A stretch of DNA of 64,000 nucleotides from the human T2T-CHM13v2.0 reference genome, Homo sapiens (GCF_009914755.1 NC_060942.1); one strand, 5' to 3'. Shown: positions 46,651 to 62,755, counted from the first letter of the stretch. The notes: generated by a model from the letters alone, not told the origin. Numbers and translations are program-made.

Positions 46651-49600
46651 GCGCCTGGAGCAAGAGATTCAGGCAGGCACTAAGGCAGCAGGGCTGGGAG
46701 TGGTAAAAGGCTTGGACTTCCATGTAGGTGAGGATGACCAAAGCATCTGATTGGGCCACTGTGTAGAGAATGCAGTGGTGGGGCAGGAGACACAGGAGGA
46801 GGCAGGCAGATAGAAAGGAAGGGGGCAGTTGTCCAGGAGACAGAGGATACTCCAAGTGGGCAGGGATGGAGGAGAGTTCAGATGAGCAAAACTGTGGCAC
46901 CAAAGCAGCCAAGCTTGGTGGAGTGTATGTGGGAGGTGAGGGCTGGAGAGGATGTCAGTGTGACTGCCTGGGGTCCCAGTGGGTCCTATTGCCTCAGCTA
47001 GACTGAGAGGCCACTGCAGGTGCTGCCACAGCCCCCTGTCCCTGCCTGATTCCTTGTTTCTATCCTCCGCCAGACTGGACACTAAAAGACGGCAGAGATG
47101 GGGGCATGGGTCCCTGTGATGGCTCAGTGTCCAGCCCAGCATACCCGGCAAAGATGGCTGCCTCCCCGCAGCCCCAGAAGTAGCCCTCCCCCAGCAGGAC
47201 AGCTACCACAAAGTCCCAGGGACAGGTGTCTCCCTCCATCTGATTGCACTGGGGGCTGCCTCGTGCCAGGCATGGGGCTGGACCATGTGTTTCCTCCCAG
47301 CTCAGCCCTGCTCCAGGTTGGGGGTTCTCCTCCTCTGGGCTGCCCTTCCTCAGGTTCCATGAGCCTGGAGATGCAGAGGTGCTCAGAGCTGGAGCCCAGG
47401 CTGAACCACCGCTCTCTGTTGGACCCTGCTGGGAGCGTGAAGGCTCTGAAGGTACCTCCTTTAAAGAGCCGGAAGGCCTCACTCGGCTAATGGCTCATTG
47501 AGTGGCTGTTTTGCTACCATAAGTGATTTCAGTCACTAGCCCTTAATTGATCTTATCCACACAATACATATGACACAGTGTGGGAAAGTTCCTGTCCACG
47601 GAGCAGGTAGGTCTCTGGCATGGCATGCCATGCCACCCACCTTTCCCCTTCCCCCTGCTCTACTGGCCTCACCACCACTGTCCAGACCTCCCGCCTGCTC
47701 TGGGCAGGGGTCATTCAAAACTGGGGAACATCGAAAAACTCAGGCCATCCAAAGGGTTGAACAGCATGCAAACCACTTTGGTTGGCTTTGGAATATATGT
47801 TGACTTTCACAGCGAACAAGTTGGATGCTTATGGGAATTTGGGCCGTATTAATAAAACTCCCAAGAATACACTGGAAGAACTGTCCAGAATGCCCACCGG
47901 CCACCCCTTCCTGGCACAGGTGGATGGAGTTACCTGTCCAATGCCCCACCTCATCAGAGCCCCTCCCCTCCCCTTCTCCTATCCTCTCCTGCTGCTGGAG
48001 TTGGCTAAGCCCCAGTGTGTGGGGAGAATAGAATTCCTGTCTGTATCCACACAACTTGAGCCCCTAAAGTGCTTCCTTTAAGTGGCCAGAAGGCCTCACA
48101 CTGCCTCTGTCCCCTGATCATTGGGGCAGGCACCCCTCTTATTGGATGGGAATTATCGCCCCCAACATCAGCCAGCAACATGGCCCCTGGGAGCCCCTTC
48201 TGATGAGGGCACAAGCTGCACAAAGGGAAGACAGACATGAGGACACCTATGAGGGAGGATGCACATCAGTGACCACATCTGAAGACGCTGGGATGACACT
48301 GGGAAACACAGCTTTCCTGGAGGTGGGGAGGTGGAGGGAGGGAAATGGATGGGTGAGGATTGACGCCTCCCCAGGCTTCCAGGTGGGAGGCACAGCAGAG
48401 TTTCCTGGGTGCTGCAGGGGACGGAGAATGTGAGCCTGAAGCTTTATTAGGGTGTGTGGTGTGTTCTGAAAGTCAGACTTTCTCCCAGACCAGCAGGGTG
48501 AGCCTTCAGGAGGCAGAGGGTGGTGCGGGGAGCAGGCAGGCTGGCTGGTTGCAACAGCTCCCTCCAACAGCATTGCTTCCTAGTCCACTTTTTCCTTCAG
48601 AGTGGTCAGGAGCAGCCAGGAGCACAGGCTGTCTGAGGGACAGGGTGCACAGCTAGGCCAGGCACAGAGGAGGGGTGGGAGAGGAGAGTGGGAAAGGGGC
48701 TCCATCTCCTGCAGAAACTGGGGGCCCCTGGAGGGTGCTTAGCAAGCAGGGAACTGAACACTGTAGGAGGGGAGAAAGAATGAAGCAAAGATGGTGGAAG
48801 AGAGGAGAAGGAACAGGCATGAAAGTACCATTGTTCTCAGCACTTCCTTTGGCTCATTTGAACCCCCTGGGTGAAGGCTTGCTCTGGCTAGAGGCATGAC
48901 AGAAGTGCAGCAGAGCCGTGGCCCCTGGGAGGCCCAGAGCCCACAGGCATTGAGGGCTAAGGGGATTTGGCTCTGTTCCCTCCTCCCACCTACCCAGGCC
49001 CCCTGCAAAGCTTGCTCTGCAACAGGGAGAGATTAATATTTGAAATCCTGGCAGAGGTCTCCTTCCTCCACTCCCCACCCTTCACTTCCCCACAAAAAGG
49101 AAAACAGTCGTTGAAATTGAAAAATGGTGCTCAGTGAAGGGTTTAAAGACATTTTGAATTTAAAGTATATTTTAAAGGTCATTTTCAGCAGTAATTATGT
49201 TATAATGGTGGGGCTCTTAGCAAAAGGCAGTCCCCACAGTAATATCAGACCAAACGAGAATCGGGGAGAGCTTGGATCTGCAGTCCTCAGAACTAGGCTG
49301 GGCAGAGGTGAGGCGGGTGGGGAGAAAAAAAGGGAGGCAACACGTCCTCCTTTTTAGAGCCACGTCTTGGTCACTGCTGGCTCTCCAGGTCCCCAGGAAC
49401 AGGGAACTACACAGTTAAATTTGGCCCTGGCATGGAAGCGTCCTCCAAAATCCCTCCCAGGCTAGCCTTGTGGGCTTTGGGGGATTCACAGGACCCTCTG
49501 ATGAGGCAGGTCTGGCCTCCTGTCTGACGGGACATTCTACCTCCTCCCCACCCCACCCCATGTCCTTTCCTTCTGTTTCCAGACACTGTCATTCTGTGGC

Positions 49601-52600
49601 CCTCCTGGCCGTAGGCATCCCAACCCCTCCTGGAGACAAGTCCCTGGGGGTAGCATCATAGGAGAAGGCTGCCCTGGGCCCCAGCCCCATGGTAAGTGCC
49701 AGACACCTGCCTAGGCCTGTACCCACTACTGCCTGACCCAGGGCCAATGTTGCAAGGAGCCTTCATTTGGCATTTCTTGCCCATCAGTTGTGCTCTGAAT
49801 TTTTTTGAACAGACTGGGACATGAATACACTGGCTATTTGTCTGAACCTCACCATTTTCTACCCTATATCCCCAACTTACAAACCCACGCAACCTGGGCT
49901 CACATTCTCCCTCAGTGAAGGCATCCATTCTTTGCCGGAAGCATCGCCCACACAGATGCTTCACACAGGCTTGTGGAAGCAATGCACGGAAAACACATGC
50001 ATGAGCACCTGCTATTAATCAGAATCAAAATATTCTAGAAGGGCTGGCTATGGGTGAGACACTGACCAGGCCCCAGGGGGTTCCATGAGACAGCAGGCTT
50101 CCAGACTATGGGGAGAAGACACTGCAGAGGGCAGTGAGGAAGGGATATAGCTGGGATTGTAGGAACAGCCAAAAGGGCCCATGGTGGGGCAGTGGGTGGA
50201 GGTAACCTGGGAGGGCTTCATGCAGGAGGTGTGTGGGGCATAAATTCAAGGACAAACCGACCAAAGAATGAAGAACAAAGAGCCAAGAATAAAGAATTGA
50301 GCTTCAGCTTCAGCTTCTTTCAAGCCTTGGCCACTGCCAGTCCACCTGGGGAGAGGCAGGTTCATTTTTAGGCTTCTGCTGGGTCCCCCAGCTCAGCAGA
50401 GCTCTGGAGGTGGGGTGAGGAGCACAGAACCAGGCCTGGGGACAGCACTGTGTGGTGTCTCCCTGCCCTCAGCCGCCCTGCCACTATGGGCTTCCTTTCG
50501 GGGGAAGTAGAAGCGGAGCACCCAACTAAGCAGTGCTGCCCCTTCCATCAGCCCTGGGGTGGCTCTCCGCAAAAGGGAGGCTGTCCACAAAGAAAATTGA
50601 GGGTCCAGAAGGGAGGGGGAGCAGGTGGGGGCTGGAAGTCCCAAACAGGAGCCAGCAGTGGTCCCAATTGGCCTCCACAGGAATAGGGTTCCCAGGTGGG
50701 GGAGCATGGCTCAGGGATGGTGGTGGCAAAGGGACTGGTGGGGATGTGGACCAGAGCCTTGGAGGTGGCCACAGCGTGGAGGGGAACAGGAGGAGGAGAA
50801 GGGGTGAAATATAAAAATATCTGGGAGAAGTGCAACACTGGGCTACAGTGTTATTAAACTAAAGCATCTTATAAAACTCGAGCCATTAATAACAGGCTGC
50901 CGCCACGTTGGGGTAATTTATTCAAATTGCGGGTCCGGGATGGAGGAGCAGATGTTTCAGAGCTGCTGGTGTCACTGAATGAGTTTCAGAGGAGGAGGGG
51001 TGGTGCCAGCATTCGCGGGGGCTTGGGGCGCCGCGCACCCTCCTTTGTCCCTCTTAGCAAATGTCTCCGCTCCACATTCCACAACACGGTGGAGACTCAC
51101 CCAGTCTGCTGGAAGGGAGGAGGAAGGATCAGACTGTGGACAGCTAATTTAGGTCAGCAAGTGCCGGGATAGAAAACTAGGGTGTAGGACAGGCAGGCAG
51201 GTTCCTCTGTCTAGAGTGTAACAGCTCCCATCCCGGCCTCTGCTGGCCTCTGTACTCTGCTATCCCCTCCAGTTGAAATGCTGACTCCTACACAAAGTCA
51301 CCCATGGTTTTCCCAGACCCACAGTGGGGTGGTGCTGGGAGTCAGATGGCCTGAGAATCAGATGGGCCTGGGCTCCTTCCTAAGTGCACCACCCACCAGC
51401 TGGTAACCCCAGCAAGTGAGCTCATGGGCCTCAGTGTCCTCATCTATACAATGGAGCAGTGATACCTAAGTCATGGTCTGGGGGAAAAAGAAACACATTG
51501 ACCCACAGGAAGGCCTTGGCCCACTCCAGGGGGCTACTAAGGTAGGTTGGTGTCTGGTATTGAACCTGATGGCCCTCACTGATGGTCAACTTAGTGCTTT
51601 GATTCTACATCTGTCCCTCTCTTCTAATTGTTTCCTTGGTTTTACCCTCAGCTCCAACCAACTGTAAACACCCTGAGGCCGAGAATCACGTTGGCCTGGG
51701 AATTGGAGGGGGTATGGGGCACCCACTCTGCTTACAGCTGAGTTGGCGCACTGGACAGAAGGACAGGACCCAGTGGGCTTCTGCCCTGATGGGGAAGAGG
51801 CATCAAAGCTCGCACAGGCCTTCCCTTAGACTCAGCGCAGCCCCCTGGGTTTTGAGCAAACCTGGGTCCTGGTGGGGGGCCAGGGCCTCAGGGTTGGGAT
51901 GTGGCCACAGTTTCTAGGACAGAGACTGTCAGGCAGTCCCTGAGGACTGACTGTCAAGCCCTGGGGCAGAGGGACTTCTGTAGATGGAAGCCCTCCTGCC
52001 AGATCTGCCTTCCGGCAAAGCAGAGGCGCCCTGTGAAGTCGTCTTGGACTCTGTCACTCCCCTCCTGGCGTGTCTAATGCTAGGGCCGGGGGCACTGCTC
52101 TGCTGATGTCTTCATGCCTGTGAGTGACTCCACCTGGCTCGTGGGTGACTTGCTGTGGATGTGTTGATTTTTACTTCTTACCTCTGCCCCAGGACAGGGG
52201 ACACAGAATGGGCCCAACAAATTCAGAGTGCTTTGACTCCCAACTTCAAATGTGTGAAAGGAGATTTTCTCCTCCTTTGTCTGCTTGGCAGAGCCGGGTG
52301 GCTGCTCACTGAGTGGCTTTGGGTGTGGCCTAGCCCAGTCAAGAGGTGCTCTGTGCTGCCCCTGCCTGGGGGTCCCAGCCTTGTGCTTGGACTCTGGCCA
52401 ATCACTGACAAGAGCCCTTCAGTGGCCCCGATGGCATGCCGTGGTGAGCGGTGAGCGGATAAAAGGAAATGTCCCAGTTGGAGGCCGACACATTTCTTCC
52501 CATGGGGCCCAGCGCTGATGGTGCCACCAAAACGTAAGGAGAGGAGAATGGGGAGGGCCCTCTGTCCCCAACACGGCTCTGACCTGAAATGACACCGCTA

Positions 52601-55600
52601 CAGTGATACTCCGTCAGGGCGAGATTGCCGAAGCAAATTCTGCACTTGACAGGACAGCATCGCTGCATTTCTCAAATGCTGGGGCCCAGGGAGAGGGGAG
52701 AGGAGCCACGTTTGCCACCTCTGTGGTCTGGCCACTTTAGGCATGGGGGCAGGTGGGAGTGCTGCTTGTCAGAAGGCTTGGGTGAGACAGAGGGGCCACC
52801 AAGTCTTCCCCAGGAGCGGTGAGGGAAGGTAGGTGGCTGTGATGGCAGAAGGGGGCTTGTACTCCACTCCCAGCCTGGTTGTCCCCCAGGGTGCTCCCCG
52901 CCCACCTGGCTGCGAGGGTCAGTGGCAGCCACCTGCCCTGTGCCTCTGCTCTGGGCAAATTGGACCTGCTCATAGCTCAAGGTTCATTTCAAATGAAGGA
53001 GAAATCACAGCCCCACAGTCGTGGGGCAATCAGCACGCTCTGTGATGAATGGAGCCTGTGTCACTCAGCGAAAATGAATATTTCTTTGTGATAATGGCCA
53101 GATGGTAGCAACTCTCCGATCCAAATTAAAACATGCATGATAAATGCCAGGAAAACAGAGGAAGACAAAACCCCAACCTGGAGTGAATTCTCTCTATAAA
53201 TCTTCCCCCCGTCCCCCGCTCCCCCACCACCACAGCGGCCCTGCTAATAGCCATTAAATTATTAAGATGTGCCGCAAGGAGAATGCCAATGTCAGTGGCA
53301 TCGGCCCCACTGCCCACCCCATGCCTGTGCGCTGGGGGGTGGGGAGACGACAGAGGGGGCTGCTTTTAGACCAGCAGAGAGCCTGAAGGTAGGGAGGACG
53401 TCTGCGTAGAGATGGGCCTCATGGTACAAGCACAAGGAGGCTGTGGGGCCTGGTGGCCAGCCAGGTTCTGTGGAAGGCCAGACCTGGCTGCCCTCAAGGA
53501 GGGCACAGTCTCTGTGAGAGACAGGAGTTAACTGACATAAAGGCTCAGACAGAGGGCAGGGAAAGGGTTTGGAGCTGGGAAGGCCAGTAGGGACCCGCTG
53601 GACAAAGCATTGCAGTGGGGTGTACCGTGACGAAAGCTCTGACCAACAACGTGGAGCTGGGCAGGTGGGAAGGGTCAGAGATGACTTTCTGAGGATAGAC
53701 ATGCGCCTGAAAGTATGCATGTTCCTGGAGGTCTGGAGGCAGCAGGTCCTGGGCAGGGCAGGGATGGCTTTGGGGCATACATTTCATAGCAATGACGGGC
53801 TCCTGAACCTACAGTCTAATTCTCCTGCCCCCTGCCCAACCCCTCATGACTGGAGGCTGCATTGGTCTCTGGATGGTCCCTCTAATTCCCTTTCCAGTGA
53901 TCCCTGCAGGTGACCTGTCTTCCTAAGTCCAGCTTCTGTCAATCACCAACTCCCTCTCTGGTATCGAAGACTCCCCATCATCTTCTGGAACTGCCTCCCC
54001 ACCCCAAACTCCTTTGCCTGGCGTTCCCTGAAACCTCTTCTCTGGCCAACTGGTTTCCTCCTTTTGCCCTGGGCAGGCTTTAAGCCATGGCTTCTGCATT
54101 CCTGGTCTCAGCAGCTTTTCAGCCTGGAACCCCCTGCAGCAGACACTGTCCTCCAGAGACCCTTCCCTGACTGCTCCAGCAGGCACAGGCCACCCCTCTG
54201 CCATGCAGGATGTGCTGTCTCCTCTACTCATTGGATGCTCAGCATGCTGCCGGCTGATCTCCCTGCCCCCAGACTGTAAGCTTCTCTAGGGCCCAGAGCA
54301 CAGAGGAGGCTTGAAGACATCTCCTCCATGTATCTGTCTGTCATCGCCCATCAGCTCTCCAGGAGCAAGGACTGTCCCTCGAAGTTTAAAGTTATTTGCA
54401 ACTGGCCATTTATGTGCAGGCCTCAAGCCTCCTAAGACATCTAGGCCAGTCACCCAGTGCCAGGATTTGGTGTCTAGGACGTTGGGATCATGGATTTTCC
54501 CCTGATAAGTGTCCCGGCTGACCTCTAGATTTCTGCAAAGCCTTCGTCATTGCCAGGCCCTAGACAGACAAGGCCATGCCTGGTCAGGTTGGTTCTCAAC
54601 CTGGGCATACAGGGAGTTTCTCTACCTGCTCCTCCCAGCTGACCCTCCACACTCAGATAGCACAGACAGGCTCATCCTGCTGCTGGCTGCGCTTGCACCT
54701 GGGCAGGTTCAGCTTCAGACCCTCTTTGAGGACACCTGGCTGGGCTTTGACCTGGGCAGGTCCAGCCTCAGACCCTCTCTGAGGACCCCTACTACCCACC
54801 CATGCCAAAGGGTATGTGGGGTGGGGGCATGAGAAGCTAAAGAACCCAGCCTGAAGACTGAGGCAGGACCCATCCTCATCCTTAATGGATCTGATGGTTG
54901 GTATTGATGCTGGAAGAACTTCCTCTAGGTGTCAGCACCCCAGCACAGATCCGAGGGAGGACAGCAAGGCTTGGAAGACTGCCCAGAAAGACAGAGGTGC
55001 AAAGGCTGATTACTAGCCATGTGTTGTTGAGGAAGTCACCTCTCTTCTCCAAGCTCTCATTTTCCCCTCCATAAAATGGGAGTGATCCTCACCCAATTGT
55101 GCAGGGCTGCTGTAAGGCTCAAGGCACTCTTATTGGAGGCTCTGGGGTGACTTAATGAGAGGATTGAGGCCCCACTGGCTCTATTTACCTTCCTTCCAGA
55201 GCCCTAGCAGCTGCTGCTACAGGCAGTAATTGGTCCCCATGTGCCTTGTCCTGGGCTGGGTAGGGAAAAAGCAGATCCCGCTAACAGAGGCAGGGCATGA
55301 CCAGGAAGACTGGATGGGAGAACGAACTAGAGAAACAAGACTCCAGGATGGGCCTGGTAAGCTTGAGCTAGAGGATGAGAAGAGACGACGTCCCCCAAAT
55401 GCAGATACTATGCGCGTGTGCACGAGCAGAGGTATGCGCGCCCTGGGATGTCAGCAGCAATGAGATTCATGGTTTACCAAATCTGGGTCTTTCTATTCCA
55501 GAAAGTGGACCCTGCTCTTCAGCCAAACCATTTCTTCATTACTTTGAAATATCTAGGATGCCACATTTTTGCCTTGCTTGTCTCTGTTTTCATGCCTTTG

Positions 55601-57241
55601 CCTGTGACACAGTCCAGATTTGTCCTCTCAGTAGACTTGTCATTCCCATAATCACCACCCCCAGGAAGCCTTCCTTATCCCATTCCATTCTGGCAATTCA
55701 CATGCTCAATATAGCTGTGGCCCCAGGCAGTATGATTTCTATTTGCACTTGTCAATCAAACCTTGCCAGAGGTCATCACCCCTGCCACCTCCTCTCTTTT
55801 CCCATGGACTGGACTATAAAAATAAAATGACAACTTCAACAGCTGTCATCAAGGAAGATTCCATAGTTCACCAACTATGTTTCTCCCGTGGCAGCTCCGA
55901 AGGGGTGTCACCATCCACTTTGCAATAGGATGATGCAGCTCTCGGGGCAAGACAGCACTGTGAGAAGGGGATGGAACTGGGACCAGAGGGCTTGGCGGGC
56001 AGTGAAGCCCAGCCAGGTCCCTGCTCCCCGCCTGCTCTCGCTCCCTCCCTCTATCCAGTTCAGCAGGCCTAGACGACTGCTTCCAAAACTCCATTTCTAT
56101 CACATAACTCCCCTGCCCAAAAGCTTTAGATGGCTTCCCTTTACCTAAATGTATCCATTTAAAGCAGCTTCTGGAAATCATTGCTCCCCTGCAAAGTAGG
56201 CCCCCCATTCTGGCCTCTTGGGGTCTTCCAAGCCTGCCTTAGTTCAGATTATTTTCCCACTCGGGAAGCTCTGCTCTTTGAGCTCTTCCATGCTCAGATC
56301 CTCCTCCCCTCTGAAGGCCAGGCAGGTGCTACCACTTCTGATCTCTCTGGTTCATGCCGTCTCATCCCTCTTCCTGTCCCTCCCCCCAATCACCTGTCCC
56401 TGCACACCCTGCCATTCCCGTGTTTTATCAGGCTGTTCCCAGTGCGGTGTGCCGGGGCCAGGGGGACGCTGGATACATCACGTTCAGGGCTCACTCAGTG
56501 CTCACTTGGTACACCAGGGCTCACTCTGTGCTGTGTGGAGGACACCACCTAGCCCTGGGAGGATTGCCTGGGAACTTTCTCTCCTCTCGCCCATCTCCCA
56601 AGGAAGTGGGGGTCTCCCTCCTCCACGCTCACATAGTGGCCGGGCCAGACGGTAGTGACATGGGAGTGGCGATGGGATGGGACACGAGAAGGCCGTGGTG
56701 CCTTCTCTCTGTCATTCCTATTCCTGGGCACACAGGCATGAGGCAGCTTTTAAATATCATCCAGAAGCCCATTTGCTATGATTAATATCCCATTTCCCCT
56801 GAAACAATCCTTTGCTAAATTAGCCGGGGCCACAGGGAATTTGTCGAGGAGCTGCGAGTCTCAACTTAACTTTCCAAATGGATTAAAAAAACTTCAAAAA
56901 CAAAATGCAGATCAATCAACACCCCCTCCCACAGCTGAAAATCTAAAGTCCATTTAAATTCAGCAGGTTTGCAGTTAATTATATTTTCGCACCTATGGCA
57001 GGAGTTACAGACGTATTTATAATGTGTGCCTGCTCCGCTGGTGCCTCTGCAGGGCCCTCTCTGGGAACTCTTCCCCACCAGCCACTTCCTTCCCCAACCA
57101 CGAAGACCAATTCTTCACGCAGCTGCTGTTTGGGTCCAGTTGTGTAAATAGAAGAGGCTTCCTAGCTTTTTAAAACTTATTTTTACAAAGGGGCTTAAGA
57201 AAGAAAGGAGATAAAGATTCTCTTAAATTTTAAGTCAGAAG

Positions 57242-57547
<306 letters not shown>

Positions 57548-57565
57548 TCAGAAGGAACAGGGATC

Positions 57566-58161
<596 letters not shown>

Positions 58162-59900
58162 TTATGTCTCACACAAACCTCTTGTGTTGTAATGTCATTT
58201 CTTAAACATCAGCCCCCAATAAACCTGGGATTCAAGTATACAAAAGATCTGTCAGGACATACGCTTGGCACTGGTTGGTGTTCAAGGGAAAACATGCCCT
58301 CCTATAGCTTGAGAAATTCAGGTAGGGGATAGGGCAGGACAGGCAGGCAAAGCAGGAGCCCAAGGCATGGAGAGGAGACTGAAAGAGGCTGTGGAGTTGT
58401 TTTACTTCTTAAAAATGTTTTAAAATGGAAGCTGGGTGAGAGACAGACTCATAGGGTAGGGGTAGGGTAGACACAAGGGCTCCTGCCCACCCCCCAGGCC
58501 TAGGAGGTGCTGTGTCCTGGCCAACTGGGCAGATAACTATTCCCCAATCCAAACTCCCCTTGGTTTCCTGTGATGCCTCCCCAGGACCCTTGGCCAAGGA
58601 CATGGCTGTGGAAGGGCTATGGTGATGAGCTGTGGACGTCCAGGTCTGGAGCAGGGTCTGGAACAAGGATATGTAGCCCCCAAAACACATATACAGGGGC
58701 CACAAGTGGAGCCCACACACAGCCCACCTTTCGGAGGCCTCTGTGGGACAGAAAAGTGTGGAAGCAGGTGGGCAGGTGAGGGTGGGGGTCTCCGGCTCTG
58801 AGGGGCAGACTCCTTCTCCTTCAGTCACTGGACGCCTTCTCTCTCAGACTGCACCCTCCATGCTGGGGTGGGGTTAGCTCTGCTCATCCCAGGGTCTCCC
58901 AGGCAGAGTCCAAACCAACACCAAATCAATGGGTAAGGACATGCTGGACCTGGGAGGAGGCTCTTAGTTTCTTATGGACTCAGCGTAATTTCAGATTAAT
59001 TTTCAACGTGCTGTGGTCCCAGCCCTCTGGATGTTTCTCTGCAGCCCCTCCTGCCTGGGCCGAGGGCTTCCTCAGCAGAGCTCTGAGAAGTTTCTGTGCA
59101 CCCAGATGCTTTTGTCCAGTGAGTCACTCGCTGACTCCTAAGATTGGAAAATTGACACTTCTGTATATTGAATTTTTGTAAAGCGGGGCCAGCTTGCACA
59201 TCCAGTTCATCTGCACACTCGCTAAACTGCCTTCCTAGTGTGGGAGAGAATAGCTAGAAGATTCTGGAAGGGAGAAACCCAGTACCAAAAGTCAGCAGTT
59301 GTGGCTAGGGGTCTCCCCAGCCATGCCCCAGAGCCTGTCCCACCGCAGCCACTGGACGCTGCCCCCACCCAGGCCCGCACTCCACAGCTGGTGGGGCCCT
59401 TGAAGCCCTTGCAGACAACACATTGTCTGTGTCTGTTTAGAAATAAAATAATGCTCGGAGGAGTAATGAGGAATTTAATAGGATTTTAAAAGCCGCAGGA
59501 ACCGATAGGGCTACAGATGGTGGAGGGGCCAGGAGGATGCAATCGGCCACGGGTTTATGGTGGGGAACGTGGCCTCAGGGAGGGCCTGGGAGCCCAGTCA
59601 CTCACATTGTATCCAACCTCATTAGCTGGCCCAGCGGGACTCCGCTGCCACATCAGTGCTGGCATGGTGAGGGGGGATGCCCTGAAGACCCTGTGAAGTA
59701 TGCTGGGAGCACCTAAAGGCTGCAGGAACGCTGGACACTTGGCCAGCAGCTGTCTCAGGGATGCCTCCCAGGCTGTCACACCTGACCCCAACCCTCTCAT
59801 GCCTTCCTCACCCTGCCCAGGTACCACCAGAGACAGGCTGAGAGACAGGGACACAGAGACACAAGATGCAGGAGTGCAGGGAGGGAAGAAACACTGGCTT

Positions 59901-60238
<338 letters not shown>

Positions 60239-62755
60239 TACACGGGCATGGGCTCCCAGGTCCAGATACAGAGGCCAAGGGAGGAAGATGAGCAATTCTG
60301 CAGGACTTGGGGAGGGTAGGGGAACATAAAAGATGTTCATTCACCCTCTGAAACGTCCCAGGGGTTCTGCAGATAGCTTACTGCCACCACCCTGCCAGGG
60401 CCCCCTTCCTGGCTGGTGCCCCAGGCTGCTCCCCTTTCCGTCCTCCAGCCTCCCCTGCAGCTTGTGGGGGGAACAACAGGACATTCTCACGGCCAGCTCA
60501 GCCCTGCCTGCCTTCACCTGCCTACCTTGCTTCTCCTGGGTTCAGTTCTCAGCTACCTGCTTTGCTGATCTGCCCTGGGCCTGATAGAAGCCCCTGAAGG
60601 AAAATAGGCTCCCATTGACCAGGGAGAGACTCGGGAGCCTCTCAGTGGTGGGACCTCCAGCCCGGGCCTCACTTGCCACAGCCAGAAGTGTGTTGTCGGC
60701 CGGTGGTTTCATCTGGCAGCTTCTCTATGCAATCGGGCCCGATTCTGCTGTGCAGGTGGCCACCTGTGTGTGTCTGTGTGTCGTGTGCTTTTCAGTTCTG
60801 GGTTCCTGGAGAGGGTGGCAGACCCTGGAAGGTGGTTTTCTTTCTTGCTGTGTTCCCTCTGGATGGACTCCCCAGTGCTAGACCCGCTCCCTCCCAAGCC
60901 TGTGCCTTGGGAGACAAGAGTTGGGCCTGTTATCCCCAAGGCCCTGCTGAACAGAGCTTCCACTTGGTTCTCATGTGGCCACTGGGTAGAAAGAGACAAA
61001 GGGAGCCCACAGGACAGACAGAGACAGAGGCAGACACAGGCCCAGAAACACAGACAAGATGAGCACGGGCAGGTGGCAGCCCCTAGGGAGTCCTCAAGTC
61101 CCCTCTTTCCCAGGACTCTCCTCCCAACTCTTCATGGTTTCTAACTTCTCCCCAGCCAGCCACCTTGCTGGCTTTTCTGTCATTTCGTGTTGATGAGATA
61201 AAACCTGGTGGTCCCAGTCTGTGCCCCACCCCAGCCAGCATCATCAAAGACCGTCCCCACCTCCTAGCAGTAACCATCACACTGGGGTTTAGCCAAAGTG
61301 GGCCTTGTCTGCTCTGTGTCTGGAGGACCCCAGGGTGCTGTCACACAGTTTTCCCATGGAGCACCCCCCAGTGTGCCATGCACTCATGGTCACTGACAGA
61401 GGCACTGCAGACACACGCCCAGTTCCGCACATGCACCCAGGGAGGCGGGAAAGAAACGTCCTCCCCAGGGACACAGGGGAGATAGCACGCATCTGCAGTC
61501 TGCTATACCTGACCCAGGTATCAGCCACTCGTCCCCTCCTTCAGGGCCCCTGTCTGGCTGCTGATCCTCTTCAGCCCACTAAGCGGGGTGGGCACACACA
61601 TCCGTTCAGCCCAGGAGCTTTCCAAGCAAGCTGGCTGCCTGAGGCCATGGTAGTCAGAGCCTCTACCCCCTCATCTCTGACTCCCTGAAAGGAGGCCCTA
61701 CAACCTGGCTGCAGGAGGTACCTTGGTGGGGGAACTGTCCTGTCACCTGGACTGAGACCTGGGAGGAGAGGAAGTGGTCAGGGCTGCAGGGCAGCTTCCT
61801 AGGGACACCCATGGAGACTCCATTTAGAAGCTGAGCATGAGCCAGCATGAGCAAGACCCCAGCATGGGGTCTTGGGGTGGGGTGTGTCTGCCTGCCAGGA
61901 GGCATAGGACACTGCAGCGCATGCCCTAGGGAGGTATCATCACCTCTGAGGGGGCCAGCTGCCATGTTCAGGGCAGGCAGGGAGGGGCCTGCTCTCCACC
62001 TGGCTCTGTCCCCAGCCAGCATCACTGGTTAATGAATTGGTTTGCTTATATTGGGGATAAATCTGAGTTTAAATACAACTTGCTCCAGTGTGCTTTTGGG
62101 GATAACTGGATCCCCCATGCAGACAGATGACTCCTGGGGAGGCTCTTCTTTGGCCTTCCTTCCCTACTTAATTGGAACCCCAGATCCTGGTGGTGGTAGC
62201 AGGGGCCCTCTCTCTTCTCTTCCTGCCCAGGGACATTCCAGCCCTCTCTCTGTCTGTGATCTCTTGCCCAGGATCAGTGCTCCTGCTTCCAATGGTGACA
62301 AGCCCAACCCCTTGGCCTTGTGTTCGAGGCCCCATTTTAACTTTGTGTCCTCACTGTATCCCAGCTCTCCACCTCTTGATCTAATTCCTAATTCCCACCT
62401 CCTCCAGGAAGCCCTTCCTGCTTGCTCCAGGCCACAGTGAATTCTCTCTTCTCTGACCCACTCCTACCCTGGTCTTTCATGTCTCATGAGTAGGTCTGGG
62501 AGCTCCTTGTCCAGCCTAGCCCTGCCTCCCTCACCTGGAACCCTGCTCCTCTCACTTCAGCCACCTTGAGAATGGGCCTAAAGGTGAGACAAATGTCTGT
62601 GGTGTCTTCCCACTGCCTCTAGGCCACCCAGAGTCCGAGAAGCCCTCCTGGGAGTGAGAGGAATATAGGTAATCTGGGTTCTGGTGGCTGACAGGTAGGA
62701 GTTGGAATTTTGGTTCTGCCACTTTCTGTCTGTGTGCCCTGGAACAAGTTATCTA

